A stretch of DNA of 64,000 nucleotides from a bacterium (GTDB lineage: Bacteria; Patescibacteriota; CPR2; UBA1875; CAIMLA01), in NCBI GenBank assembly GCA_037129835.1, contig JBAXUE010000001.1, positions 174,858 through 238,857 of the forward strand, in the 5' to 3' direction. This document shows positions 36,070 through 46,858 of this stretch, piece by piece (the stretch's first letter is position 1; each line of letters opens with the position of its first letter). The notes beneath the pieces are model-generated. The model saw only the letters and a program-made list of their open reading frames with translations. It made no database searches and was not told the origin of the DNA. The position numbers and the translations under genes are program-made.

Positions 36070-36525
36070 ATGCAGGAGATATCGGTAAAGGAAATATTTA
36101 AGAAGCAAATGGGCGCATCAGAAGATGTGGAGCTAGATTTTGACCCAGAGCAAATTGATATACCGGAATCAATAATCCTAAAGTCCTTATCGGGGAAAGC
36201 TAAGTTATTTCGTTTGGAAGATACAGTAATGGTAACTGTCAAATTAAAGGCCGAGCTGAACCTAATATGTGATCGCTGTCTTGATAATTTTGATACAAAA
36301 GTCGAATTTGTCGCCGAGAGAGAATATCTTTTTGACCGGAAGCAAGAGAATGAAAACGACGAAGGTTATGTAGATAAATACTTCAACGTGGACATATTAC
36401 CAGAAGTTCGGGAAGAATTAATACTCGCAGTACCGACCAAAAATCTTTGTAAAAAAGATTGTGTGGGGATATGTCTGACATGTGGAGTCAATCTGAATCA
36501 CCAAGAATGTAAATGTAAAATATAG
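36070..36525 (+). CDS. yceD: YceD/DUF177 family protein (23S rRNA accumulation protein)
   Basis: C-terminal CxxC...CLTCGVNLN Cys cluster. Conserved position upstream of rpmF. Confidence 0.75.
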   Translation: MQEISVKEIFKKQMGASEDVELDFDPEQIDIPESIILKSLSGKAKLFRLEDTVMVTVKLKAELNLICDRCLDNFDTKVEFVAEREYLFDRKQENENDEGYVDKYFNVDILPEVREELILAVPTKNLCKKDCVGICLTCGVNLNHQECKCKI

Positions 36526-36550
36526 TTACGGAATACTAAAAGGAGTAAAA

Positions 36551-36781
36551 ATGGCAGTACCAAAGAAAAAGAAAACATCTTCACAGGGGAAGCAAAAAAG
36601 ATCACATGACGCGCTGGTAATAACCAAGCTAGTTAAATGTTCTAAATGCGGTGAATCCGTAAGATCACACACAGCATGTGCTACATGTGGCTACTACGGG
36701 GACAAAAAAGTTTTGAATATTGAGAGTAAGCTAGATAAAAAACTCAAAAAAGAACAGAAAAAAGACGCAAAAGAGGAATAA
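36551..36781 (+). CDS. rpmF: 50S ribosomal protein L32
   Basis: MAVPKKKTS N-terminus and a CxxC...CxxC zinc ribbon. Confidence 0.9.
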   Translation: MAVPKKKKTSSQGKQKRSHDALVITKLVKCSKCGESVRSHTACATCGYYGDKKVLNIESKLDKKLKKEQKKDAKEE

Positions 36782-36790
36782 GCATAAAAA

Positions 36791-37291
36791 ATGGCTTCAA
36801 ACAGGCACCTCTCCAGAATAATAGCTTTCCAAACCCTATACGAATGGGAGTTTTTGCGGCATAAATGTTCTGAGGATATGACCGAAGGCGTTGATCCAAA
36901 GGCTGGGCTAGAGCCAGCAATGGAACGGAATTATAATGAATATGCTAAAAGCCTAGAGAATCGCACTTTTATTGAGAATTTGGTATGGGGAGTTATCGAT
37001 AAGCAAACGAACATTGATGCTATCCTGGCACCTGCTGCTCCAGATTGGCCGATAGACCAAATTTCTCTAGTAGACCTCGTAATAATGAGAATGGGTATTT
37101 ACGAGCTCTTGTTTGCCGTAGAAGTGCCTCCTAAAGTGGCTATAAACGAGGCTGTCGAGCTAGCAAAGGCTTTTGGGGGAGAGAATTCATCAAAGTTTGT
37201 AAACGGCGTCCTGGGGACTGTATTTCGAGCATCTGATAAATATGATCCTACCGAAGATAAAAGATTGTTAGAAAAAAAGAAAGGCAAGTAA
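36791..37291 (+). CDS. nusB: Transcription antitermination factor NusB
   Basis: RIIAFQTLYEWEF N-terminal helix. About 165-aa all-helical protein. Confidence 0.8.
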   Translation: MASNRHLSRIIAFQTLYEWEFLRHKCSEDMTEGVDPKAGLEPAMERNYNEYAKSLENRTFIENLVWGVIDKQTNIDAILAPAAPDWPIDQISLVDLVIMRMGIYELLFAVEVPPKVAINEAVELAKAFGGENSSKFVNGVLGTVFRASDKYDPTEDKRLLEKKKGK

Positions 37292-37335
37292 TTTACGGTT
37301 TAGTGTTGGGAATTTGAAATATCGAATTTCAAACA

Positions 37336-38040
37336 TTGGCCGAGAAAGGCAACATGGAACTAGAAAAAATAGAAGAAATTCTCGGAGTAACCTTCAAAGA
37401 TAAGGAGTTTTTGCAAACTGCGCTTACACACCGATCATACTTGAACGAGAACAGAGAATTTGCAAAACATAATGAAAGATTAGAGTTTTTGGGCGATGCA
37501 GTTCTTGAGTTAGTGACTACAGAATATCTTTATAGGAACTATCAAAATCCAGAAGGGGAGCTGACGAATTGGCGTAGTGCACTTGTGAAAACAGAAACGA
37601 TTTCTGGGGTTTCTAAGGAGCTCGGTGTAGAGGAATTTATACTTATGAGCAGAGGAGAAACCAAAAGCTTCGGACGTAGCCGACAACTTATTCTTGCGAA
37701 TACCTTTGAAGCAATAATCGGAGCGATATATCTGGACCAGGGACTAGAAGCCGCGAACAAATTTATTACAAAAAATCTTCTTTTTAAACTAGACCATATC
37801 CTCGAAGCAAAATTATATATTGACCCCAAAAGCCAGTTTCAAGAGATGGCACAGGAAAGAGACGGCATCACCCCGAGATATAATGTTGTTTCAGAAGAAG
37901 GTCCAGATCATGACAAGACGTTTATAGTTGGAGTTTTTGTCGGTGAAAAAAAGTGGGGTGAAGGCAACGGAACCTCGAAACAGGTTGCACAGCAGAGTGC
38001 AGCAGCGGATGCAATAAATAAGTATAAAGAAAAATTATGA
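37336..38040 (+). CDS. rnc: Ribonuclease III
   Basis: Signature ERLEFLGDAVLELV, catalytic E in FEAIIGAIYLD, and a C-terminal dsRBD. Confidence 0.9.
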   Translation: MAEKGNMELEKIEEILGVTFKDKEFLQTALTHRSYLNENREFAKHNERLEFLGDAVLELVTTEYLYRNYQNPEGELTNWRSALVKTETISGVSKELGVEEFILMSRGETKSFGRSRQLILANTFEAIIGAIYLDQGLEAANKFITKNLLFKLDHILEAKLYIDPKSQFQEMAQERDGITPRYNVVSEEGPDHDKTFIVGVFVGEKKWGEGNGTSKQVAQQSAAADAINKYKEKL

Positions 38041-38375
38041 TTGATGTCTTCCACCATCTAATCCATGAACATACGAACAAAGAAACAGAAAAATACCAAA
38101 AAATTCACGAAAAAAAATGGATTATATTCATAGATAAATATATTTACCTAGTTGCACTTGTGGGTATATTGATGACCCTGCCTCAAATATATGATATTTG
38201 GATTTTAAATAAAGTCGACGGTGTATCGGTTATTTCTTGGTCTAGCTATGGTTTGATGGCAGTTTTTTGGACTATTTATGGTTTGGGTCATAAGGAAAAA
38301 GTAATTATTTACTCAAATATCTGTTGGATAATTCTCGATTTCTTAATTGTTTTAGGCGTATTTATCTTCAGATAG
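38037..38375 (+). CDS. Small three-TM membrane protein, hypothetical
   Basis: Hydrophobic helices. Stop/start overlap with rnc. Confidence 0.4.
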   Translation: MIDVFHHLIHEHTNKETEKYQKIHEKKWIIFIDKYIYLVALVGILMTLPQIYDIWILNKVDGVSVISWSSYGLMAVFWTIYGLGHKEKVIIYSNICWIILDFLIVLGVFIFR

Positions 38376-38446
38376 GGAGAATTGAATGCGGGTATTCTTA
38401 AAAACGTTGCTACTAGCAGTGTTTTTTTAGTACAATATATAAGTTA

Positions 38447-41400
38447 ATGTATTTAAAAAGAATTGAAATTATAGGCTTTAAATCATTCGCGCAAAAAAGC
38501 GTGCTTGATTTTGATATATCTGGAACGACTGGGATTACGGCTGTAGTCGGTCCTAATGGTTCTGGCAAAAGTAATGTCGCTGACGCAATCCGTTGGGTTA
38601 CTGGCGATCAGAGTAGCAAAAATTTACGCAGCAAAAAAAGTGAAGATATTATTTTTTGCGGTAGTTCGGTAAGACCAAGAGGTTCATATGCGCAGGTTAC
38701 TTTGTTGCTTGCAGATAAAGAACCATTCAAGTTTCAAGTTAATAATAGAGAATTTGAACTTTCTGAACTTGAAATATCAAGAAAGCTTTTTCGATCTGGA
38801 GATAGTGATTATCTGATAAATAATAAAAAAGTACGGTTGACTGATATTCAACAGCTGTTAGCTTCTCTTGGTTTTGGTCAGTCCTCTTACACTGTTATCG
38901 GCCAAGGGATGGTTGATAGACTACTTTTCTTTTCACCATCTGAGCGAAAAGTCCTTTTCGACGAAGCGGCTGGGGTAAAGCAGTATGAAATTAAAAGAGA
39001 ACAAAGTTTACGCAAATTGGAGTCTACGGATTTAAATTTGATAAGACTAAGAGATATTTTGACTGAGTTAGAGCCAAGAGTTACGAATCTCCGAAGGTTA
39101 GTAAAAAGAGCCGAAGGCAGAAAAGAGTTAGAAGCCCAAATCCAGGAAGTCCAAACAAAATATTACGGAGCGCTAGTGGCTGAATATTCTAGTATTGTCG
39201 AATCAGCAGAAGTAAAAAAGACAGATATTAACAACAAAATATTACAAATCGAGAATAAAATCACCTTACTCTCTGAACGTCATCAATCAGCAACTATAAA
39301 TCCTTTTACCGAAGAGAGAAAACAGCTCGAAGATGATATTGCCCACGAAATTTCTAGAAGGAATAATCTCAGAGAAGGTGTTGCTTATCTCCGTGGCCAA
39401 ATAGAGAGTCTTAAGAGAAATGAAGATCAATCAAAGTCGAAGAAAAAATATCTGGAAACAGAAAACGAAAGTATCGAGGCAAAGCTAGCGGAACTGAGGA
39501 AGGAAATAAGCCACGGCTCAAAAGAGCTAAAAGACTTGAATAGTGAAATCAAGACTGAACAATCAAAGTTATTGGAAATAGAAAAAACTTTAGAAGTTTT
39601 AGATCAAGAACTTGCGAATCCGAAGACAGATAATTTTTCAAAGGAACTGGCTGCCGCAGAAACAAAAAAGGAAGAAATCGAAGCCAAGAGGCAAGAAATA
39701 ACTGCGAAGCTTTATAATTTACGGCAAGAACATAGTATTTCTCAAGAAAAACAAGAGCAGGCAGCGAGGAGCCATAAAGCCCTAGCGGAAATAGTATCGT
39801 CTTTAAATTCTGTCCTTCAGGCGACCCAGTCAAAATTTTCAGATGCAAAATTACGTGAAAATCAAATAAAAAAGAACATTGCGTTAAAAGAGAATGAGTT
39901 AGATAAAGTTGCTAAAACTCTCGATAATGTCGAAAAAGACCTACACGAACTTGCTTCTCAGGTTACTGATTCCAATATTTCAGAGCTAGAAAGCGAAATT
40001 TCTCTTGTTGTTATAAACCACCGTGGTTTACTTTCAAAAATCTCAGCAGCGAAGAATGTCGCGGATTTTGCGAAAATTAAACTTGAATATATAGATTTTG
40101 GTGCAAATCTCGATAAAATGTTAAGCCGATTTAAATATGTCGCCAAAGCAGTTAATCATAAGGAACGTGATCGCATAGAAAATCTTTTGCTAGAAGCGAG
40201 AAGTAGAACAGCGGTTAAAACCAAAGAATTACAGGCTTTGCAATTTGATTTAGTTAGAACTGAGTCTGAAATCTCGTCTCTAGAAGCCAAGATAGCCGAC
40301 ACGGTCACGCAGATAAAAACTAGGGAATTAGAGAAACAGGCTCTTGAGTTAGTGGAAACTACAGAAGTCGATGAACGTCTGGAATCAGAGCTTGCTAAGC
40401 AATTAGGTAAATATAATGAAAAACTTGCAGTTTTGGCAATCGAAATTCGAAAAAACAGCGGGGCTGCCAGTGAACGCCAAAATATGGTATTGAGGCAAAA
40501 GGACCTTTCACAACAAAAGCACAGAGAACTAAGGCAAATTATTCACAATCTAGAGCTAGAAATTTCAAGAAAACAATCAAGGCAAGATAATTTTGAGGCA
40601 GATATTCAAAAAAATGAATCGCGAATTATTATGATAATAAATGAAATCTCAGATATTGAGAAAGCAGCTACTGTAGCGGGCGGGGGAGAGAGTGAGCAAG
40701 CAATTGTCGCAAAAGAAAGAGAGCTTTCAAGGGCGGAAGAGGATATAGCTAAGCTTCGCGGTGGGCTTACACAGCTGATTGCCAAAGAAAGAGAGCATGA
40801 GCAGAGAACTTCAGGACTCCAAGTAGAACGACAGAATCTTGAAAGAGAAAAAACAAACTTTATTGCTCAATTATCAGCTCTTGATATTGATTTTGCCAAA
40901 GTGACCATTCGTTTAGAAGACGTAAATTTCGAGATTAATTCCTCTAATATAAATATTCCAACAGGGGTAAAATATGATTTGCTAGATCAAATGGAAAAGG
41001 ACGTTTTGAAGCTTAAAATAGATAATATCCGTAGAAAAATAGATACTACTGTCGGAATAGACCCAGAGATGGAGGCAGAATATCATGAGCTTGAAGCTAG
41101 GGCGACTGCGATGACCGCTCAGGTTACAGATCTTGCAAATGCCAAAGCCGATTTAGAGAAAGTTGTTAGTGAGCTCGATGAACGAATAAAGGGGCAATTT
41201 TCAACTGTATTTAAAGAAATAGCGATTGAGTTTAATAAATATTTTTCTACGTTGTTTTCTGGGGGAACGGCAAAGTTATCATTAGGTGAGAATGAAGATG
41301 GAGTATTTGGTATTGATATATCTGCGAATCCGCCTGGAAAAAGAATTCAGAGTTTATCTTCTCTATCTGGCGGTGAACGCACTATGACATCTCTTGCACT

Positions 41401-41659
41401 GCTTTTCGCCATCCTTTCAGTCAATCCTAGCCCCTTTGTTGTGCTAGATGAGGTAGATGCTGCGCTTGATGAATCAAACACTATTAGATATGTAGAAATA
41501 CTGAAAGATTTAGCAAAAAAGACTCAATTTATTGTAATCTCACATAATAGAGATACGATGAAATCTGCTTCGCTCTTGTACGGCGTGACTATGGACGAAA
41601 GTCATATCTCGAAACTTCTTTCGGTGAAACTAAACGATGCCTTGGTCTTGGCAAAGTAG
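38447..41659 (+). CDS. smc: Chromosome partition protein SMC
   Basis: N-terminal Walker A GPNGSGKSN, long coiled coils, C-terminal LSGGERTMTSLALLFA signature and DEVDAALD Walker B. Confidence 0.9.
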   Translation: MYLKRIEIIGFKSFAQKSVLDFDISGTTGITAVVGPNGSGKSNVADAIRWVTGDQSSKNLRSKKSEDIIFCGSSVRPRGSYAQVTLLLADKEPFKFQVNNREFELSELEISRKLFRSGDSDYLINNKKVRLTDIQQLLASLGFGQSSYTVIGQGMVDRLLFFSPSERKVLFDEAAGVKQYEIKREQSLRKLESTDLNLIRLRDILTELEPRVTNLRRLVKRAEGRKELEAQIQEVQTKYYGALVAEYSSIVESAEVKKTDINNKILQIENKITLLSERHQSATINPFTEERKQLEDDIAHEISRRNNLREGVAYLRGQIESLKRNEDQSKSKKKYLETENESIEAKLAELRKEISHGSKELKDLNSEIKTEQSKLLEIEKTLEVLDQELANPKTDNFSKELAAAETKKEEIEAKRQEITAKLYNLRQEHSISQEKQEQAARSHKALAEIVSSLNSVLQATQSKFSDAKLRENQIKKNIALKENELDKVAKTLDNVEKDLHELASQVTDSNISELESEISLVVINHRGLLSKISAAKNVADFAKIKLEYIDFGANLDKMLSRFKYVAKAVNHKERDRIENLLLEARSRTAVKTKELQALQFDLVRTESEISSLEAKIADTVTQIKTRELEKQALELVETTEVDERLESELAKQLGKYNEKLAVLAIEIRKNSGAASERQNMVLRQKDLSQQKHRELRQIIHNLELEISRKQSRQDNFEADIQKNESRIIMIINEISDIEKAATVAGGGESEQAIVAKERELSRAEEDIAKLRGGLTQLIAKEREHEQRTSGLQVERQNLEREKTNFIAQLSALDIDFAKVTIRLEDVNFEINSSNINIPTGVKYDLLDQMEKDVLKLKIDNIRRKIDTTVGIDPEMEAEYHELEARATAMTAQVTDLANAKADLEKVVSELDERIKGQFSTVFKEIAIEFNKYFSTLFSGGTAKLSLGENEDGVFGIDISANPPGKRIQSLSSLSGGERTMTSLALLFAILSVNPSPFVVLDEVDAALDESNTIRYVEILKDLAKKTQFIVISHNRDTMKSASLLYGVTMDESHISKLLSVKLNDALVLAK

Positions 41660-41722
41660 ATTTCGTTGACAAAAGGCTAATTTTAGGCTAAAATTTATAG
41701 GCGTAATAACTAGGAGATACCG

Positions 41723-42142
41723 TTGGTTGTAATCAGACTTACTAGAATAGGAAAGAAAAAGCAGGCGTTTTATCGTATCGTAGCAGCAGACTCTCATCGT
41801 TTTGTTAATTCAAAATTTATTGAAATTCTTGGTTGGTATAATCCAAAAACCAAGGAAGTTTCACTCAAAAACGACCGAATTACTGAGTGGATTTCTAAAG
41901 GCGCTCAGCCTTCTATTACTGTAGCAAAGCTACTTAAAGCTAGCGGTATGAAATTACCAGATTGGGTCAAGATAACCGAAAAAGTTAGTAAACCCAAGAA
42001 GGAGCCAGTAGTAAAAGAGGTTAAAGCAGAGGAAATAGTCGAAGAGCAGCCCATAGAGGAAGATACAACTTCAAAAAGTGAAGAAGTAAGCACTGAGACT
42101 GAAATAAAAGAAGAAATCGCCGAAACTAAAGAGGCAGAATAA
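41723..42142 (+). CDS. rpsP: 30S ribosomal protein S16 with acidic C-terminal extension
   Basis: VVIRLTRIGKKKQAFYRIVAADSHR. TTG start. Confidence 0.88.
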   Translation: MVVIRLTRIGKKKQAFYRIVAADSHRFVNSKFIEILGWYNPKTKEVSLKNDRITEWISKGAQPSITVAKLLKASGMKLPDWVKITEKVSKPKKEPVVKEVKAEEIVEEQPIEEDTTSKSEEVSTETEIKEEIAETKEAE

Positions 42143-42209
42143 AAAAAATCCTGGTTGCACCAGGATTTTTTATTGTATATAATGAAATTACCTAATTAAG
42201 GAGAATGTC

Positions 42210-42581
42210 ATGGCAGAAAAAGAAGCCGATCAGGAGTTCGTAGAATACGTAGTAAAACAGCTGGTAACAAAACCAGAAGCAGTGGTGACCACTAGAAAGA
42301 TCGATGAGCTCGGAGTTCTTATAGAGCTCACAGTCGATCGAGAAGATATGGGAGTTATTATAGGTAAAGAGGGTAAAACAGCTAAATCAATAAGAACTTT
42401 ACTTCGAGTCCTTGGAGCTAAGATTGATTCAAGAATTAATCTAAAAATAGTAGAACCAGAGGGCGGAGAAGCGCCTGTTAAGGTGGCTAAAACCGAAGAA
42501 GTTGAAGAACAGCCAGTTGTTGCTGAAGTTGTCGTAGAAGAAGATGACGATGAAGCTCCTATGGCTGACCTAGATCTGTAA
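42210..42581 (+). CDS. KH-domain RNA-binding protein (YlqC/UPF0109-like) with acidic tail
   Basis: KH motif VIIGKEGKTAKSIRTLLRV. Conserved position between rpsP and trmD. Confidence 0.75.
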   Translation: MAEKEADQEFVEYVVKQLVTKPEAVVTTRKIDELGVLIELTVDREDMGVIIGKEGKTAKSIRTLLRVLGAKIDSRINLKIVEPEGGEAPVKVAKTEEVEEQPVVAEVVVEEDDDEAPMADLDL

Positions 42582-42662
42582 CAGAAATATTTTAATAACA
42601 AAGCCAGAAGACTATCTGGCTTTGTTTTGTTATAATAAGAAAATATCAATGGAGAATAAAAA

Positions 42663-43337
42663 GTGAATTTTGTCGTTATAACCTTATTTCCCGAAATGTT
42701 TGAGGGAATAATTAGTAATAGTATCTTGGGTCGAGCAGGAGAAAAGAATCTAATTTCTGTAGATTTTATAAATCTTAGAGATTTTGGCCTGGGCGCAAGA
42801 AAACAAGTCGATGATACGCCTTATGGTGGTGGATCGGGGATGGTTCTGCGTGTCGACGTAGTTGAGAAGGCGATAGAATCAGCAAAATTGAAAATTCAAA
42901 ACACTGAATACAAAATATTACTTATGACCCCACAGGGGATTAGGCTTAAACAAGATAACCTTAGTGAAATGGCTGCAAATAACAACAATTATATTGTCAT
43001 TTGTGGTCATTATGAGGGTTTTGACGAGAGAATACGCAGCTTGGTTGATAAAGAGATTTCAATCGGTGATTTTGTCTTAACGGGTGGGGAAATACCTGCA
43101 ATGGCATTTATTGATGGGATTTCTAGGCTACTACCTGGTGTACTAGGCAGTGCTAATTCTCACGTTGACGAAACACATTCCGAAAACGGTAGGATAGAAT
43201 ACCCTCAATATACCAGACCAGAAAGTTGGGATGGAGTTGATGTGCCGACGGTGCTTTTGTCAGGTAATCACAAGAAGATACAAGAATGGCGCGATAACGC
43301 TTCAAGGGTAAAAAGTCATAAAGTTGTTGAAAAATAA
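42663..43337 (+). CDS. trmD: tRNA (guanine37-N1)-methyltransferase
   Basis: FxVITLFPEMF N-terminus, YGGGSGMVL, GHYEGFDER, and a SPOUT knot fold. Confidence 0.9.
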   Translation: MNFVVITLFPEMFEGIISNSILGRAGEKNLISVDFINLRDFGLGARKQVDDTPYGGGSGMVLRVDVVEKAIESAKLKIQNTEYKILLMTPQGIRLKQDNLSEMAANNNNYIVICGHYEGFDERIRSLVDKEISIGDFVLTGGEIPAMAFIDGISRLLPGVLGSANSHVDETHSENGRIEYPQYTRPESWDGVDVPTVLLSGNHKKIQEWRDNASRVKSHKVVEK

Positions 43338-43360
43338 CGAAAAATTTACTATTATAGCTT

Positions 43361-43570
43361 ATGATAAGGAGGAAAATGACTAAAATAATTGTAGATGATG
43401 ATATGTGTATTGGTTGCGGTTCTTGTATTTCGGCCTGTCCGGAATGTTTTGAACTAAGCGAAGACGGAAAATCACTTTCAAAAGGTGTTTCTTGTGATAG
43501 TTGCGATCTAGACGAAGTCGCCTTGGATTGTCCAGTTCAAGCAATAACGATAAAAAAAGATGAGTCTTAG
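43361..43570 (+). CDS. Small 4Fe-4S ferredoxin
   Basis: CIGCGSCISACP cluster-binding motif. 69 aa. Confidence 0.7.
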   Translation: MIRRKMTKIIVDDDMCIGCGSCISACPECFELSEDGKSLSKGVSCDSCDLDEVALDCPVQAITIKKDES

Positions 43571-44198
43571 AAGCTGGCAAATAATTAGCGCAGTAATCGG
43601 AGTATTATTACTAGTTGCTGTTGTTTTTTTATTGATATTTGGATCTAAGATATCTGATTTTAATAAATTAAAAGAAGCTGAAATTAATTTAAACTTAGAC
43701 AAGCAACAAAAAAAACTAGAATTAGAGTGTCAAAGATTTAAAGAAGTAGTTACTACCACCTATATAGCTGATGATATTTTCGGTTCTTTTGAATTTTCTT
43801 ATCCAAAAGTTTGGTCTACTTTTGTAACAAAGGCCGTAAATTCAAATCAAAAGGGGACAATGACCTTTAGAGGGGATCCAAGCATGATAATTTTAAATGG
43901 AACCGATTATAATAATGCATATACAGCTATTAAAATTGAAGTTATTGCTCAAAAATACGTAGATTATTTATCGGGTGCTGAATATAATTTAGGCAAGCTA
44001 CTTTTTACGGAATCGGATATAACCGTTTCTGGCATAAAAGGGAAAAGTTTCGTTGGCAAACCTAAAAATCGCGACGTTACAATGAAATTTATCATAGTAC
44101 CAATAAGAGATAAGACCTTGTATATAGGGACCGATGATGTGGATCGTTTCTCAGACAATTTAAATAACGTAGTTGATAGCTTTAAAATCTATAAGTAA
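43560..44198 (+). CDS. Membrane-anchored hypothetical protein
   Basis: N-terminal TM IISAVIGVLLLVAVVFLLIF, then a coiled region and a beta-rich domain. No known motif. Confidence 0.45.
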   Translation: MSLRSWQIISAVIGVLLLVAVVFLLIFGSKISDFNKLKEAEINLNLDKQQKKLELECQRFKEVVTTTYIADDIFGSFEFSYPKVWSTFVTKAVNSNQKGTMTFRGDPSMIILNGTDYNNAYTAIKIEVIAQKYVDYLSGAEYNLGKLLFTESDITVSGIKGKSFVGKPKNRDVTMKFIIVPIRDKTLYIGTDDVDRFSDNLNNVVDSFKIYK

Positions 44199-44268
44199 AT
44201 TTATATATAAGTATATAAGCCATTAGACTTCTTTTATTAACCAAACAGAGATATAATAGTTTTTCGAT

Positions 44269-46335
44269 ATGGAAAAAAATAAGTTTATTTTACATTCAAA
44301 ATATAGTCCTGAGGGAGACCAGCCGACAGCAATTAAAAAATTAGCCGCCGGTATTGATAATGGTCTTAAGCATCAAACATTACTAGGAGTAACAGGTTCT
44401 GGGAAAACTTTTACAATGGCCAAGCTTATCGAACATGTCCAAAAACCAACTTTAATTATTTCCCATAATAAGACTCTTGCCGCTCAACTTTATTCAGAAT
44501 TTAAAGAATTTTTTCCTGATAATGCAGTTCACTATTTTGTATCATATTATGATTACTATCAACCCGAGGCATATATTCCAAGAACAGACACATATATCGA
44601 AAAAGATGCCGATATCAATGAAGAGATAGACCGATTGCGCAACGCTGCTACCAGCGCGCTATTGTCACGTTCGGACACCTTGATTATCGCTTCTGTTTCT
44701 TGTATCTACGGCCTGGGTAATCCTGAAGAGTATCAAAATCTTTCAGTGGCTATAAAAGTAGGGGAAGAAAGAAGTAGAGATAGGGTTTTGAGATTACTTT
44801 CGGATGTCCAATATGAAAGAAATGACAAGAGCCTAGAAAGGGGCAATTTCAGAGTTCGTGGGAGTATCCTTGATATTTTTCCTTCGTATGAAGAATTCGC
44901 ATATAGAATTGAATTTGATGGAAATATTGTAGAAAATATAAAGCTAATTAACCCTCTTACTGGCGAGATTTTGAATAAATTTCAAGAAATTACAATATAT
45001 CCAGCAAAGCATTTTGTTACTACCAAAGAAAGAATAGCCGAAGCATCAATAAAAATACAAAAAGAACTTGAAGAACGGGTTAAATTTTTCGAATCGGAGA
45101 ATAAGTTACTCGAAGCCCAAAGAATATCACAAAGAACAAATTATGACTTAGAAATGCTGTCAGAGCTTGGCTATTGCTCGGGGATAGAAAATTATTCGAG
45201 ATTACTTTCTAATCGTGAGGTGGGCAGTGAGCCGGCAACGTTAATTGACTATTTCCCTGATGACCTACTTATCTTAATAGACGAGTCACACATGACAGTT
45301 CCGCAGATTAGGGGTATGTACAATGGCGATCAGGCTCGCAAGCAAAACTTGGTGGACTTTGGTTTTCGTCTTCCGAGCGCTCTCGATAACAGACCTATGA
45401 AATTCAATGAATTTGAATCTCATATCAAACAAGCTATTTATGTGTCGGCAACACCGGCTGAATATGAACTTAGAAATAGCACAGGTGGTAAAGTCTCTAC
45501 TAGTGCGGAATTTTATGAAAATAGACGAAAAGGGATCGAATACGAAGCGATTGCGGAGCAGGTTATTCGACCTACGGGGTTAATTGATCCTACTATAGAA
45601 GTACGACCAATCGAGGGACAAATAGATGATCTAATTAAAGAAATCAGAAATAATACGGCCAAAAATCACCGAACTATCATTACAACACTTACAAAAAGAA
45701 TGTCTGAAGAATTGTCTCAATATTTATCAGAACTTGGTATTAAGGTGAAATATATTCATTCGGATATTCACACGCTTGAACGCCCAGAAATATTGCGGGA
45801 TTTACGGCTTGGTGTTTATGATGTTATTGTCGGTATTAATCTCCTACGGGAGGGGATAGATTTGCCAGAAGTATCTTTGGTTGCTATTTTAGATGCTGAT
45901 AAAGAGGGTTTTCTGCGTGGGGAGCAAGCCTTGATACAAACCATAGGACGAGCAGCAAGGCACCAAGAAGGTCGGGTAATAATGTATGCAGATAGGATGA
46001 CTGGATCGATGGAACGGGCAATAGCGGAGACAGATAGAAGGCGTAAGATACAAATCGAATATAATGATAAAAACGGTATTACCCCACAATCAATCAAAAA
46101 GGCTATATCGAATTTGGTTCACTCAAAAGAAATAGAAAAAGAAGCCCCAGAATTTGATATAACTAAAGTTCCGGCCGAAGATTTAGGGCGTTTGGTTAAG
46201 GATTTGGAGAGAAAAATGGATCTAGCGGCTAAAAATCTCGAGTTTGAAAGAGCGGCAGACCTAAGAGACCAAATATCATCTATTGAGCAAATAAAAGAGA
46301 AGAATAAGATTAGTAAGCACTTAAAGAGTTTATAA
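44269..46335 (+). CDS. uvrB: Excinuclease ABC subunit B
   Basis: Helicase motif [10 protein letters not shown] and a C-terminal UVR domain ([10 protein letters not shown]). Confidence 0.93.
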   Translation: MEKNKFILHSKYSPEGDQPTAIKKLAAGIDNGLKHQTLLGVTGSGKTFTMAKLIEHVQKPTLIISHNKTLAAQLYSEFKEFFPDNAVHYFVSYYDYYQPEAYIPRTDTYIEKDADINEEIDRLRNAATSALLSRSDTLIIASVSCIYGLGNPEEYQNLSVAIKVGEERSRDRVLRLLSDVQYERNDKSLERGNFRVRGSILDIFPSYEEFAYRIEFDGNIVENIKLINPLTGEILNKFQEITIYPAKHFVTTKERIAEASIKIQKELEERVKFFESENKLLEAQRISQRTNYDLEMLSELGYCSGIENYSRLLSNREVGSEPATLIDYFPDDLLILIDESHMTVPQIRGMYNGDQARKQNLVDFGFRLPSALDNRPMKFNEFESHIKQAIYVSATPAEYELRNSTGGKVSTSAEFYENRRKGIEYEAIAEQVIRPTGLIDPTIEVRPIEGQIDDLIKEIRNNTAKNHRTIITTLTKRMSEELSQYLSELGIKVKYIHSDIHTLERPEILRDLRLGVYDVIVGINLLREGIDLPEVSLVAILDADKEGFLRGEQALIQTIGRAARHQEGRVIMYADRMTGSMERAIAETDRRRKIQIEYNDKNGITPQSIKKAISNLVHSKEIEKEAPEFDITKVPAEDLGRLVKDLERKMDLAAKNLEFERAADLRDQISSIEQIKEKNKISKHLKSL

Positions 46336-46342
46336 ATGGGCT

Positions 46343-46370
46343 GAGGCCAGAATGCAAGCATTCTGGCCTC
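46343..46370. terminator. Hairpin GAGGCCAGAATGC-aa-GCATTCTGGCCTC after uvrB
   Basis: Perfect 13-bp inverted repeat. Confidence 0.5.
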
Positions 46371-46379
46371 ATAAATCTC

Positions 46380-46760
46380 GCCATTGATGGGGGTACTAGT
46401 TCGCGGAAACTCTTGGAAATGCAGCATTTGCAGCAGTGATGAGGTGGTTTGCAAGAGCGCGATTGCTGCTAGAGTACTTTCTGGCAGTTTCCTGCGGCGT
46501 TGTGCCTACGAACTTGTCGCATGAGGAGCCCTTGGGTAAGTGGTTATTGCGACAGTTTGTTTGAAGTCTGTTAGCCAGAGCGTACTCCGCCGTACCTTCT
46601 TCGCAGTTGCAAAGAAAGATAGAACACAATCCAGCTTTTGTACAGATCATCCGGGCACCCCCTTTCGTGGGGTTGCTTTGAGGGATAGAACTTGACACAA
46701 AAAAAGAGAGCTATAAACACCAGCCTTGTTGGCTAGGGTTACTCTCTTTGTGTATTCGTA
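46380..46760. other. GC-rich non-coding island (candidate structured ncRNA; identity unresolved) ending in a minus-strand terminator-like hairpin AGAGAG-N-CTCTCT + T7
   Basis: No plus-strand ORF. Only weak minus-strand ORFs. GC is clearly above the genome average. Conserved RNase P (GGAAAGUCCGG, ACAGAANCCGGCUUA) and tmRNA landmarks were sought by eye and not convincingly found. Confidence 0.3.
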
Positions 46761-46829
46761 TCACATGTCTATTATAATACAGCAAGTCAAAAATAGGAAT
46801 AATTAGGCCTCTTGGGGCGCGTAAAAGCC

Positions 46830-46858
46830 TTGAAATATCTTGACATCCGCTGTAGAAT
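46830..46858 (+). promoter_or_regulatory. Sigma70-like promoter TTGAAA-17-TAGAAT for uvrA
   Basis: Hexamers with 17-nt spacing, 39 nt upstream of the uvrA ATG. RBS GAGGTGAGG. Confidence 0.45.

Noticed and set aside
46396-46698. 100-aa minus-strand ORF in the uvrB-uvrA gap (plus overlapping 46711..46935 and 46803..47030 minus ORFs)
   Set aside because: The 46711 and 46803 ORFs overlap the uvrA promoter and start and are shadows. The 46396 ORF has a possible RBS at an internal ATG but sits in a region whose composition and hairpins look RNA-like. Kept only as an alternative in the finding, not called as CDS.
46380-46760. Tried to call this as tmRNA or RNase P RNA
   Set aside because: No GGGG...UUCGAC 5' end, no tag-peptide frame ending in AA-stop, and no tRNA-like 3' end (GGUUCGA..CCA). 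RNase P CR-I/CR-V matches are only partial. Left as unassigned candidate ncRNA.
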